Source: Fimbriosthenelais zetlandica (lineage: Eukaryota). From it: a stretch of DNA of 64,000 nucleotides. The notes beneath the pieces are model-generated. The model made no database searches and had not been told where the DNA came from. It saw only the letters and a program-made list of their open reading frames with translations. The stretch is taken from assembly GCA_977030845.1 (NCBI GenBank), contig OZ365113.1:21266001-21330000 (forward strand). Reading direction: 5' to 3'. Below, piece by piece: positions 50,811 through 63,957 of the stretch; position 1 is the stretch's first letter; every line of letters begins with the position of its first letter. Made by a program: the position numbers and the translations under genes.

Positions 50811-51374
50811 TTTGGTATTTTGCTAAGTTGGACAATGAATGATTATAAACGATACCATTAGATTAGAATAATATTAATTAGTTTCAAAATATGTAATAAA
50901 TTGAAATCTATAGTTTACCTTTTGCAAAAGTATTTACGAGAATGTCTTTGAGGCTATTAGTTTCTGTTTTTACCGGTGGTGGCGTACTCGTACCAGATCC
51001 AACCCGTTACTGTAGAATGTATGGGGATTTTCCGATATATTTACTTCCAAATGAATCTTGCAATTCGAATGGGGTTTTATTAACTGATTACATGTTTATA
51101 AAAATCAAAATCTCTAGGATGAACATTAATTTACTCCAATATCTACCGAAAACAATAATATAGAAGGATAACTTCAAGTGTAGGCTGTTCCAGGAAGCGC
51201 TGCCCTTCCCTCCAACCATGTTATTTTTTATTGATTTAAAAGTTGTTCATATGAGGCTATACTCTTTAAAAATCACCCTGTAAGCACAAATATAAAAATA
51301 TAATAGTTTTGATATATCCGTTATTGAAATGTAAATGCAGCTGCTAAGATCCAATGCAACTTTTCATTTAGTAG

Positions 51375-51482
51375 GTCGGAGGGGGTGTTGCCAGTCACCG
51401 CATGTGCTAGCGCCATTGATGCCACAGTCAAACTAGCACAAGTCTAAACTTTGGCTCCGAACTGGGTGGCCGGGCTGTTGTG
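51375..51482 (+). other. Candidate 5' UTR exon of the plus-strand secreted-protein gene
   Basis: Donor GTG|GTAAGT at 51482/51483 and possible acceptor ttttcatttagtag at 51374. Could instead be the first exon. Confidence 0.4.
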
Positions 51483-52044
51483 GTAAGTTATTTTACTGCC
51501 TTTTCAGTGAATGTCTCTATTTTGAAATGTGGCCATTTGCTTATTTACGTCACAACCCATTCCTGTCGACAAGGATGTGTAGATATAGCGATCTGGGAGC
51601 GATCATGATGCACTTTTCCAAGCAAGTGGTAGAAACGGGGGAGGGGAGGACCCCCACTCGGCACTCCGCCTGCTAGCATACAAGACAGGCTGACCCAGGG
51701 TCGTACTTAGCATTAATTCAGACGTTTTCTTCCTATCCACATTGCTTTAGAAACACACTGATTTTCATTCTCTTTCCTCGTAGGATGAAGAGTTGAGGGA
51801 AGTGACAGGGTTGTGGCTGCCCGTGTCGTGTGTGAGTGAATGAGTGAGAGAGAGGGACAGTAGAGGACTGAATGTGAGAGTGAGGGATCTCCGTGAGTTT
51901 AGCTCTCCAGGGATATCCCCCGCCGCTCTCCTTCACTCTCCCCCACTTCTTCCTCGGGTTGAAAGCATCTATAGCAGCCAAGGGAGTCCCAAGTCTGATT
52001 CCAGCTCCCAAGGCCAGGGAAATACTACCACAAGGGCCTTGTCT

Positions 52045-52141
52045 ATGGAAGGAAACCATCTGTACAATTTGTGGATCGTTCCAAGGAAGACTACCAAAAT
52101 GTCACCCCTGGTACTATTGATAGGGATTGTTGCACTATTTG
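52045..52141 (+). CDS. First coding exon of an unknown secreted or type II membrane protein (exon 51784-52141; ATG at 52045 or 52099)
   Basis: Acceptor tctctttcctcgtag at 51783, donor TTG|GTAAGT at 52141 (phase 1). Encodes (MEGNHLYNLWIVPRKTTK)MSPLVLLIGIVALF, a hydrophobic signal-like core. The second ATG has the stronger context (ccaaaATG). In-frame TGA at 51841 closes the frame upstream. Confidence 0.65.
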
Positions 52142-54803
52142 GTAAGTCTGATTTTTATGCCTTATTTTTCCTTATCCATTTAAATTTTGCATTAACTTAA
52201 CTCTAGCTGATTTCATTGGCTAACAATATGCTACATTAAGAGATATTTTTTATGGGAATTTTTCTCCCAACTTGAGGTTTGTCGAAATATCCATCGGTCT
52301 ACTTGGCATACCGGTACCAATACACTGAACATTGTTTAAGGAGAAACCTGTTCATTTGTGTATTGAGGTATTCATAGTCTCTTAAATTACGGTATTGGTA
52401 TTATAAGCATATTCTGTGTCTAGCCCTAAAATTAATGTTGAGATAGAAATTGAAATGTAGTATTGTACGGGTCATTACATGTTTTTGTTCAGAATATATA
52501 ATTGTTCCATCAGAAATAACAGAAACAATTTACTAATTGAGTGTACCGGTACACATCTTCTATCTGTTAAATATTTTGTTTTGTGGATGTGTATTGGGAC
52601 GAAGAAAGATATTTTAACATCTCTGTATCCATATACTTCCCCTATCTGACCTGCCTTGCCCACAGAAGACCCAGAATCAATAACTTAGTGTTGGAGAAGG
52701 GGGTAAGATTTGGTGGAATGGGGGTGGGGGTTCTTCAGAAGTCAGTCATGAGAATAGAGGGGTCTGTCCAAACCTCCCCCCTCCCCATTTTATGCCCCAC
52801 ACCATGTGTTTTCCGGAGAGCCCCACCTAAAATGCGTGATCCAAGCTATGCTTCTTAACTCCTCCGTGGGACGAAATGACCACATGGGCCCCAGCCTCCA
52901 AAACAATGGCCCCATTCTTCACCGCAATATGGGCCTCTCTACACGTCCGATCCTTTCCACAATAACCCTCTCTGTGGGGTTCATATAAGCGGTATGTGTA
53001 TGTAGAAGAAGGAAAAGGGGGTGAAAGAAATCACCCCGTCTGCCTCCGGGCATAAAATAGGGTAGTTTGCTATTATTTATCCCCCGGGGCATTTTTTTGT
53101 TATCCCAAGAACACAGGCTAAGTTTGGACTTAACATGCTTAAATCTGGGGATTAATTAAAGAGGCATTCTTTAAATAGTGGCTAGCTTTTAATGTTGATC
53201 CTGTAGGAGGCAATCCTCTTTGTGGAGTTAAGTCGCCTGACAGTAAGGCACCTCCCCACCCCTCTATACTTCACCCATTTAATCCCGTTGCTCCATTGTT
53301 GTGCTTGGATGGTGGGGGTCACTTGAAAAGGCGCACAGGTCACGATTGTACTTCCCAAATCATTTAGCTTGGATGTGAAGGTATCCCAGCGTAAAAGCTA
53401 GTTGATGGGAAGAAATGCCAGCCCTATTATTATAAACCGTTTAAATGCATGGTGATAGATAGGCTAGGGGTAGAAAACGTAACCCTACCTTTTACATGCA
53501 TTAGCTTTTGGTTATGGTTTCAACACCACCAAAAATATTGGGTTGAAACGCATCGGTTTTTTCCGAAGACAACTGTGTTTTTTTTAAAGTTTTTAACTGT
53601 TGACTTCTGACTTTTTAGCCATCAGATCTTATTCTGATTTGTGGCCCGTTTTGTTCTGGGGTATGCATGACTGGTACACAATGGTGTAATAGTTATCAGT
53701 GCTGAACGGGGAGGAAAAACTTGAGAAAAATACACCAATAGGCGAGGAAGCTGTGTTTGATATTTTTTCACGGTTTTTGCACCTCTAGTAACGATTGGCA
53801 ACATGTGATATTTTACATTGCCTGTCGAAATTCACTCTTTATAGCTAGACTGTTAAAACTATCATCAACCATTAATTGATTTATACAAAGGGAAAATTTG
53901 ACTAATCCTTTCCCTATTTTAGTCAAATGATTGCTTTTGTGGATTTCCTGAGAGCATTCATAATCCCTCTTAAAAAAGTGGGAACCAACAGTAGGTCAAA
54001 CGCTTTACAAATATTTACATGGGTGAGACACATGTATAAGAAATACATGAGTACCAGCTTATAGCTTTGAAAAGATGGAGGGTTGTTCACTCCAGCCACC
54101 TGATCTGAATTCCAAACCAACGAACAAAAAATAATAGTACATCATTTCACCTAGTAGTACAAGATTTATAAATATTGAAATAATTCCATAATTCATAGTG
54201 AAGGATGAATGACGAATCTGAGTTAACTTAAAGATGTCGCCATGATCTTGAGATTGCTATTAATCTTTTAGCAGGCCGGTATATTAGTCTTGTCTCTCCC
54301 GCGGGGGGACGGCCTCAGTTGATGTTACCTTGTGGGAAAGGTGCCAGAATTTCTCAGACGGAACTGAGACATGGCAAGTTTTTCGCCAGGGCTTCTCTTT
54401 TTCTTGACCTCTGTGCCCTTTCCTCCATAGAAAAAAGTTGCTGCCTTGGGCTCTCCTGATTATGGCTTTGCTTGTGTCCTTAACCATCAAAACATAGCAA
54501 AGCTAAGCAAATATTGTCACTTGATCCGATGTAGCAAAAGATTTACTACCTAGATTCCAACATGGTTTTGATAATCTGTTATTATCTACAAAAAACATGT
54601 CTGGTATGACCAGAATAATATAGGAGTTGGCATATTTTTAGATATATGTTGGATTTTATGGATTTTAGTGTACTGTTTATGATAAAACGCAAGTATATAG
54701 TTTGTGAAAGTACCAACAATAGACTGTACAAATCCCTCTTAAATTAGCATGGGTGATAGATTCTCATTTCCCCGTCCTGTGCTATCTCTATACACATGGT
54801 GTG

Positions 54804-54845
54804 AGGGGCGGGGAGGGTGTGGGGGATGGCGGGGAGGGTGGGGGA
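54804..54845 (+). repeat. G-rich tract (G-quadruplex-capable)
   Basis: ggggcggggagggtgtgggggatggcggggagggtggggga. Confidence 0.7.
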
Positions 54846-55043
54846 TGGTATCAGTGGTGGGCTGGGTGGAGTGTAATGGAATCGTGACTGGGCATTTCCC
54901 CTTTGGGAGCAGTTTAGTACAGACTGGTCAGGGTCAGTGGGAGATTAGAGAGGCACTACAATGATTCATTGATTGGACATATGATAGCGCTGGGGCAAAC
55001 TGTTGCATCGGTTTTTTCCTGACTTTGGTGTGAAGGATATGTA

Positions 55044-55176
55044 TGAGATGTTAGACATTTATTCATTCTTCAAGGGAAATTCTTGATTTTCCCATCTTTG
55101 TTGTGAGGGATATACATTTGTATGTACATGTATATTGAGATGTTAGGTTTTATTCATTCTTCAAGGGAAATTATTG
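55044..55176 (+). repeat. Local direct duplication of about 43 bp, spacing 92 bp
   Basis: tgagatgttag..tttattcattcttcaagggaaatt.ttga occurs at 55044 and 55136. Confidence 0.8.
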
Positions 55177-57584
55177 AAAAAAAAATGTTTTCTAAAATGT
55201 TCGTTCAGAAATATAAATCTTGAGAACTGAGTGTGGTCTTGGTAGTTTGTGAAGGGAAGCCTCAGACCACAGACTGATATCTGACCACAATACTGCTAAA
55301 TGCTCCGACACGGAGTACATACCCCATGCCATGGCCAGGAAAGGGGTCAGTGTTTGCTATAGCTATCTCACGCTGACCAGTATGAGGCGTGCACTGTGCG
55401 ACCCTGGGGTCATATCTGGACCTCACTCTGGGTGTGATTGAGTGGGAGAGAGATACCGTATTTCCCATTTCAACACCGGGCTTCTTAAGCTGGTTACACT
55501 TTCATCTTGGCACTTACTTGAAATAATGAATTAAGTCCCCAAATAATCATACAAAAATTATGGGGTTTGCCATTCCCGAGCCTTTGAAATATGGGTCTAT
55601 TTTAAAACAAAGTTTAAACGAATCATTACGGTAGTCGCTAATCTGCCCATCTCTCCATCTCCACCTGCCCCTCTTTACTACCAATAGACCGATAATGCAC
55701 GCACTGGCAGTTGTAAAACTCCTAAATATATCTCTAAAACAAATAAAAAATATCGCTTCAGGGGCAGATAAAGGATCCCACGCCTTTAAATAGAAGGCCA
55801 AAGGTTTTTTTCTAGATGCTGAACCCCAACCGTGGGCCTCTACGATGCTTATGATGTACCTTATTTCAAAGAGATTATACATTTCCCATGAAAAAAACTA
55901 CCTTTAAATAGAATTTATGTAAACTAAATTTACGAGTGAACTTTCTTTGGATGAGATTCCGTTTTAATGCACTGGCAAATGACGCAAAGATTGGATTACT
56001 TGTAGATTGTGAATACATGTACATGTTAATATTTTCCTAGAAATCTCTATGGTTCAGTAACACCGGATGACCCAGTGTGAACGTGGCTTTTCACAGTCCA
56101 TCCAGACACAGGGACCCTTTTTGTCGGGTCCTGGGTTAAGAAGCAAAAATTTAGATCAACTTTTTTTTGTACCTTATGTAGATTAAATGATCTGTGACAA
56201 ATTTCCATTCCTCCATTTTGGAACCTAAACCTTGTAATGATACTGGTACATGGAAATTATAATTAATGTTGATACCTTGATTCCCTTAATCTTTCTGCCA
56301 GATCTTGGCCATTGATTACCATAAACAGTTCTCATTGAGATTAACATCAGAGCCACCTCCTAAAGCGGTAGAAGATAAAGTGGATTTTAAGTATTATTAT
56401 CAGTATAGGATAGAGATCATACTGATAAAGCCTGCTTTAACAGGGCTTATGACCCATACATAAGAGGGTTCCTGCAATTAACATTGTCACCCAAAACTGG
56501 TTTTAACCTAGTCGTTTTAAATAGAGACATTGGATGTCATCTAGAGGCACAGCTGAGTGATAAAGCACTTAAAATGAGAAAATGTTAATAATCTGTTTCT
56601 TTATACCACATGTGTTTTTGTCAACATTACTGGAGCGAGAACAAAAATGTGCTCTTTGTGTGTTCCATGTGGTATCCATAATCCCCAAATCTCCCACTCG
56701 TGCATATCTCCATGAGGAGGCTATAAAAAGTCCCTGTGCTCAGAAGTGTCCCTCTGTTCTATACTTGGTGTCTGGGTTTGAGAATTCCCATTTTAAACAA
56801 ACTTATGAGCTAAAGGTTATTTATATGCCGAGTTTAGATTATCTTTGCCAAAATTCTCATTAGAATATCTATATTTAAATCTATCCCTAAAAGTTGTTAA
56901 ATCAGATTTTCCCAGAAATGACCATCTGACCTTTCGAGGTAAAATCATTTGGGCCCATATTATTTTCCACCTCATCAATACCAAGCTCTCTATGGGTTAG
57001 ATCCCACATGGAAAGTCAACATTATGGGGAATGTAGAGATTTTTAGAGTTGGAAGACCTGTATTTTGGCATGAATGTCCCTATGGTCTAATGGACCCCGC
57101 ATTGTCAACCATGGCGGCCCATGTATGTATAAATACTGCCATGTTGCAGGCACTCCATCAAAATTTGCCACACCATAAAAACTACATTAAATAGGCATGT
57201 TGACAGGGGGGAATACAAATTGATCCAAGCCAGACTCACTCTGTGACAAATGATGCATAACCACCCATTCACACACTCATTCATTTGCTAAAAACAGGGG
57301 TCGCCAATTAACTTGTCCAGTACTGCTTTGAGAAAATTAATGATATTACGAAATCATTAATTTGATCGCAACAGGTATGCTCTAATTCTATTTTGATAAA
57401 CTCTTTTTAGAATAATATAGAGACTAATTTTGGGTCTCCCAGATTATGATTTCTATCAAGTTCAAAGTAACCATGCTAATAGTAAACTGGATTTTTATCC
57501 AGTTTAATGTTTATAAATATTGTAGGTGTCTTGTCACTTTGTGTACTATATTGTGGTGATTGACATTGTGTGTTCTTTGATCAG

Positions 57585-57716
57585 TCGGCTGTAGGTGTCA
57601 AGGCATCCATTATGAATATGAGAAAGATGTCCACGGTCACGATGGTCTGTACTACTACAATCCTAGAGGCAGTACAAGGAGAACCCATCATAGTGATAAC
57701 CACATTCAGATGAGGG
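57585..57716 (+). CDS. Second coding exon of the secreted protein (phase 1-1, 132 nt)
   Basis: Acceptor tgttctttgatcag, donor AGGG|GTGAGA. Continues the frame as VGCRCQGIHYEYEKDVHGHDGLYYYNPRGSTRRTHHSDNHIQMRG, completing a plausible signal peptide (cleavage near GCRC|QG). Confidence 0.65.
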
Positions 57717-58178
57717 GTGAGAAGGTTAAACATACCCTCTTACCCTGGTTACTCCTTCACACATTTACTCGAGTTTCGGTTATGTTGCCTTTTGAAAGTG
57801 CTTCCAGTTGGAACCTTTCAATGAAAGTTAATTTCCCTCGGTTACAGGGGAAAATTGACCAGTTCAATTATTGCCTTTCAGGAGTTGGGCTTCTCTTTCC
57901 CTAGTTTCTTCATTCTTCAAAGGTTGTTTTGAATCAAAATTTCCGTCAATGTTAGAGGGAAAGTTTGATACTTTTACAGGTTAATTAATTTCCTATTTTC
58001 TCGCTCATTCCATGAGTTAATTAGCTTTGTTTGTTGTTGCGTTTCAATGTTGACATTTCTTTCACAATGTTTAATCTTTCTTTCAAGCAATCTGAGCCGG
58101 TTGTGTATATATTTTGTAGTCTATTGACTTAGCCAACGTTAATTGGTCAGTTGAATTAATCTGTTTTAATCCCCCGCG

Positions 58179-58191
58179 CCCCCCCCCCCCC
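58179..58191 (+). repeat. Poly-C tract (13 C)
   Basis: Seen directly. Confidence 0.9.
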
Positions 58192-59634
58192 GCCCCCTTC
58201 ATATTCTCCTTTAAAAGTCGAGACCAATGTAAGGATTGTCCTATGAGATTTGCTGCCAGTCCAGACTGCCATTTCCTTTCTATAATTCCCAATTAATAGG
58301 GGAAAGCGTTTAAAAAATCAATAGATAAAAGGCCTAATCAAGTCTATGCCGTATAACGCATTCTGGCATAGAGAAGACAAGCGTCTGGTATCTGTGGTAT
58401 GTCTGGTTGATGTGTCCTGCGTTCCTTACCCTCTCATAGCCATGATAAACCCTGACCCTCAGCTGCTGTATTAGAGGGTTAACCTATAGACTCCCAGTCC
58501 TCCAATGCCATACTCAGCATTCTGCCAGATTGAATGACCAACCTCATGACAACTTGATGTATGTCATCCCATACAATTATTTATAGAAAATATGATCCAT
58601 TGGCACGCAAAGCTTTACTATAATAATTTCCCATTACTATTTTGTCATTTCGTTGTAGATGCAAACCTTTTAAACGAACTCTCATTCTACTGGAGAGATG
58701 TCCATCAACCAGTTGCTATTTCCTGGTCTACGAATTGTCTATCATATCCCATGCATCATATGCTTCAGACAGACGGAATCACCAGTTTTGTAGTCTTTAC
58801 GCCTGAAGCAAATTAAACTGTGGAAGCTTTTAATAAATTAAGTCAAGTCTTGCAAATCAAGTCTGGCGAGTAACAGCTTGGGATAATAGCCTTTGTCCAT
58901 GTACCCTCTGGGCATTTATAATAGCAAAACATGCCAGTCAATGAGGACAAAATGACCAGTGGAAAGCTATGTCCCTCCCTTACCAATAAATTGATGGCAT
59001 TAAAATTAGCTTTGGAAAAAATGAATGTTTAATATCATACATGTATATTCAGACCAACTCGGTATTCTTAATATAAAAAATATTGATTCATGGCTGAACA
59101 GTTACTGTGGTAATAATCACCACAATTCCAAAAAATTTAAAGATGAATTCATTGGAATTTATTCACACCATAACTGCCATTTTACCAAGCACATGAGAGG
59201 CTTTCCATTTCATCACCCCTCTCTGTTCTGTCCTTATTTCTGCCCCTTGTAAGGGGACAAGGGCCAGTCTATTTTGCCCCTTGAAAGCATTGCTATAAGC
59301 TGAGTGACAACCTACTCTCCTTTTGCAAGGGGTGTCTTGATCCTGTTACCCTGACAACGCCTTGTCAAAAAATGGCTCCGCCTCTTCACTCGAGTGGCCA
59401 TCTAATTGCCCTACATCCTCACCATGTATTGACCTACTTGAAATATCTAAAGTGTATCCAGATAAATTAAAATGGCCTATTTTAATCTATCTGGTATATC
59501 TAATATCATATAATATGTGTGTACTTAATATAAACATTTCCTTTTGAAACCATTAATTTTTGCAACACAAAATTATTTAAATATACTTAAATTTTGATTT
59601 GAAATTTAAATTTTAAAATGTATGTAGATACAAC

Positions 59635-59720
59635 TAATTTGTTGCACTTACATTTTATTTCGTAAATTTTATGCAGAAACCTTGAAAACCATTAATTTGT
59701 TGCAGTTAAATTTTATTTCG
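59635..59720 (+). repeat. Local direct duplication of about 28 bp, spacing 58 bp
   Basis: taatttgttgca.tta.attttatttcg at 59635 and 59693. Confidence 0.75.
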
Positions 59721-59839
59721 CGTATGTACAGATATTCTTTTATTGTCAAAATGTTTCAGGTAAACCACTGCCTTGACGTCATGCCACTGAATACCTTTTT
59801 ACAAGGAAGCAGTTACAACCCTTCTTTTTTGCTCTCTAG

Positions 59840-59946
59840 GAAAAATGGCCAAACCTAGCAGACACCCACACTCAACTCGACATGGCGCAAATAAACAAAC
59901 TGAAATGAAAAACCTCCAGAGGAATTTTTATTTCCTCTTTGAAGAG
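59840..59946 (+). CDS. Third coding exon of the secreted protein (phase 1-0)
   Basis: Strong acceptor cttcttttttgctctctag, open frame GKMAKPSRHPHSTRHGANKQTEMKNLQRNFYFLFEE, then GAG|GTATAG, which is either a donor or reads V-stop if the exon is terminal. Confidence 0.55.
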
Positions 59947-61239
59947 GTATAGATCAAAGTGGAGCCTTTTTAACGCTCTTGTTGCTTTGTGTCTGAGCTG
60001 TGAGTGGACTTTTACCATCCTGGCCCAGTGCTGTCCCTCATGCACCTCGGGCTATACTATAGAACTGGGTGCATCTGACTTATGAGTACGGGCTATAGTT
60101 TGCCCGGGGACAGGGTGTGGGGATCGAGTCACTCACGAGCAGTTCACCACTCCTCTGTATGTGATATATAACTTGACGAAACACTTTCTCTCACCCACTT
60201 TGTGGTATATGAGTTATACATACAAAGGTTATATTGCCATACAAATCGTCTCTACAGTTGGCCGGTGCAGACTATAACTGAGACAGGGGGCTCATTGCTC
60301 AAGTTCTGGGTCAAAAACTAACATTTCGAGGTTACAATAGATATGTCAGTTTGTCCTGGCCAAGTATTCATTGTACAAGGAGGAGGAGTGTGAGAGAGAG
60401 AGGGACTCCCAAAGGTCTATTGTTTATATGTCCCAGGCAGGACAAGAAAAGATGACAAAGACATCTCAGCTGGAATACTATCTCTCTCTGGTATTTTTCA
60501 TTGGGCTGTACATTATGTTGTACATAAGTCATTGTATCCCCTAAAAACATTCAAAAATTGCTAAAAAGAATTCATTATATCCTCATGCAAGAGAGATCTT
60601 TTTCGGAATAATGAAGTCTTTTCGTGAATAAAGAAACTTTAATCTGCTTTGTGGGGGATATGTGAGTTTCCGGAAGCACTCAATTACTCCTATCAGAATC
60701 TCATGTACCCCCACTGCTGACGATTAATAGGAACTTGATTGCTTTTATGATAAAGGGAGAGGAGGTAGGTGGAATGCCTCGGATGAAGAACATTCAGAGC
60801 TGAGACCTGTGAAATTAATAATACGCCTATGAACTATATAGAGTTTCAACAACACAGAAGTCTTTAATTTGTTATGGATATATGCCAATGATAACAAAGG
60901 TTGTTTCCTTGCACCTTAGAGTAAAATGAGAGTAATCTTAGAGTACTCTAAGCTTCCACTAATTTAGTAAAGTTAATATTGAAGATGCTGGTGCAATAGA
61001 AAGGCTATAATGCCCGTGAAAATGCCTGAGCATGCTGTACACAAAAAGTGAAAATCTTGTGAACTGATCATGTAGACCAACATGTATGGGGTAGAGAAGG
61101 GGCATCAGATGACAGGGAAGAGAAGGTGGGTATGGTCATGTATCTGGGGGAGCAGCAGGTTTCCTCCCCGTACCCTGCTGATAAGTGCCAGGGGTAAACT
61201 AGCACCAGCTCCAGCTCGGTCACTCTTACCTCCTCACAG

Positions 61240-61301
61240 CTTCTTGACCATTGCCAGACACATCCATCCCTTCTTGAACCCCGCATATATCACAAGACTA
61301 G
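61240..61301 (+). CDS. Possible fourth coding exon of the secreted protein (phase 0-2)
   Basis: Acceptor cactcttacctcctcacag, reads LLDHCQTHPSLLEPRIYHKT, donor TAG|GTATAT. Supported only by splice signals and phase compatibility. Confidence 0.25.
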
Positions 61302-61388
61302 GTATATGCCATACTGTAAGATTTCCCAGAATAATCCATGAAATTAAATCTAAAATGAAGACAGTTCCATCGATGTTATACAATCAGT

Positions 61389-61560
61389 TTCTGTTCTATT
61401 CTCATAAGATAAATTAAACTTTTAAAATTTTATTTTTCAAAGAAATCGATCGATGCACTCTGTCATGCAGTGAGTGTTCTGTTCTATTCCCATAATTTAA
61501 AATGAAGTTTTAAAATTTTGTTTCTTAAAGAATAGATGTATGCGCTCTGTCAGTGAGTTG
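61389..61560 (+). repeat. Diverged tandem duplication, unit about 88 bp
   Basis: ttctgttctatt.ccataa...ttttaaaatttt...ctctgtca..tgagt occurs at 61389 and 61477. Confidence 0.8.
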
Positions 61561-63540
61561 TGGTAGAATAGCATCTGTATATGTGTTAACTAACACCAGT
61601 CCTGCTGATCTGTGTACATGTTTAGGGGTTGGTAACATTCATTGCATCATTTGAACCCAGCTGCTTCCAGGACTGTAGGCCTGGGTCTGTAAATGTTGTC
61701 CAGCATTGGCAACAACTTGTTCCCCTCTCTTTCCAAACGTTGCTGCAATAGTAAAACTTTGCAGCTGGCCTGAAGATGCAAAGAGGGCACTCCCAGCCCA
61801 CGTACACCCTGTTCAGGACCATTTCACATGTTAATTCTAACCTGCTCCGTGATCATCTAATTATGGATTTCAGTCTGGTTTAACATAGGCTGCAACTTTT
61901 CCTCGGTTTACATTATAAAACCCTCGGACACATATCGCAAGGGAATTTCATTGAGATGTTTATTTGAAGTTTACTTTGAAATATTCCTGCATGGGGTATA
62001 CACTTCTAGCCTAACCACACACACACGACCCAAACTGTAATCACCAATATATAACACGTGGGTCTTTCCTAGAAGACTTATGGGAAGCTGGAAATATCAG
62101 GCCCCACCCCTCCACTACCCTCCCTTTCTTTTGCCTCCTGGCTTCTTCCCTCGGCTTTAAGTTAACTTTTTAAACTACTTGGAGCCTCATGTCTGTTCTC
62201 TTGATACAGTCTGGAGTGGGTTGATCCAGGAAATGCAGGATATCTAGCTCCAGCCATATGGACACCACTCATGTCATGATATCACTGAGATAGTGGAGAA
62301 ATACCAATCAATTAGTTTTATCATGCAGATACAAGGGTTTTCAGCTGTCAGTCATTTAAGCTGACCAAATCTGACATCTGTCAGCCCTCCTGAACCTTGT
62401 TTCACAACAAAAGTCCCACCAAATTCTAACTATACTGTGGAGTCTTAGCTCTGGCAGAAAGCAGCCTAATCAGAAATCCTTGACCTGAAATCATCAGCAA
62501 GGACCGCCTTTATAATAAGAGGCCCGAGTTTAAAGAAAAATTAATAATTAATCTGTTTTCTCCATCCTGCATTCCCTAAACAATACCTTTTTTGTGGCAT
62601 TAAATATCTCATCTTTTTGGTGGTGAATGTCCACATTTACCTTGCAGTCAATGCCACTCGACCTCCAATACTAGAGCCTTGGAATTTTAAAAGTCACGGT
62701 GTTACTGAAACTAAGTTAAGCTTCCTAGAAGTGGATGATGATAGTTTGCACATGGCCTGCGTCCAGGGTCGAAAGCAAACCCTACTCCCCCAGAGACCTA
62801 GAGAGGGGAGAAAGTGTTACCCCTTCCTAGATCCCCGCACAAATAGGCATGCTTACTCCAGGCCTGGACATTTAGTAGTGAAACTGCTTACCTTAGAAAA
62901 ATAAGACAATGTCTTAATTAACCTCGTGTTTTGATACTCGGTTTAGTGGATTTATCTTAACGCATTTCAAATTAAAGTTGCTGAATAATATGCTCTATAT
63001 ACAAAACATGAAATGTGATCTCCATATGCCTCCAAAATATTATGGTACCGAGTACATATATGTACACAGTGGACGTAGGTGGCTTGTCTATTGCAGATTA
63101 CCAGCTTTATCAATGGTTACCCAGTCCATGCACTTCAGATCACTTTGTCCTGTCTTAACTGACTAACTTTAGCTCTTAAGTTCATTCCCTTGTGCTCTGA
63201 TAGAAGCCAATTATGAGTGGAAATGTATAAAATATGTATATTGAAATTATTTGATACTTTTATTATTCACTGTGGGGAATTCCAGATTGTCTTGTCTCCT
63301 TCTGTGTGTTGGAAATACAAAGAGGTCTTGTCTTCAATGAAAGGAAATTCATCGATTGTTTGGTTTGGTTGACATTAACCATAGATGACTTGAATATAGG
63401 GTTTCATTGACAGGAGGTATAGGATTACTTCTGTGGGTGACATTCTTCTAGTCTGACTCATACTGACCAGTTCTTATCATATAATCCCAAAGTTCAAATT
63501 TCACGATAGTATAGTTCCAGATTATGTGTGTCTGTTCTCA

Positions 63541-63860
63541 TTGTCTCTGTCTCCCCTTTTCCTTTCCCCTTTCTCTGTCCCTATCCCTGTGTCTTAAGGT
63601 CCATCTCCACTGCTGCGATTTTGCTTCCGACAAAGGTGATGCTTGTGTCGCAATGAAAAAAAATCCACTTGATGATGGTCACAAGACCTTGATCACCTCA
63701 ACTACAATTTTTAAATTTTATTGCAAGACAAACATCACCGTTGTCGCAGTAGTGTCGCAAGTAAAATCGCAGTAGTGGAGAACGGCCTTTACTCTCCTAT
63801 CAGAATTCTCTTTCTCTCTTTCTTCTCTCTCATCTCTATCTCTATCTCTTCTCTTCTCTA
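63541..63860 (+). repeat. Pyrimidine-rich / imperfect (CT)n tracts (63541-63590 and 63805-63860)
   Basis: Seen directly; they account for the spurious RDRDRDEREERE ORF on the minus strand. Confidence 0.75.
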
Positions 63861-63957
63861 TACTCGTTGCTCCCATCCATTCGTTCTTCCGTCCACCACC
63901 TTGTATATAAGTTGCCATGACTTGACCCTTGACCCCCGTGACCAATCTGTTCTCCAG

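Noticed and set aside
53480-55900. Probable interspersed-repeat fragments (shared gcatcggttttttcc at about 53550 and 55007; TTAA-bounded segments)
   Set aside because: No matching terminal inverted repeats or transposase frame found, so boundaries and family cannot be supported without a repeat library.
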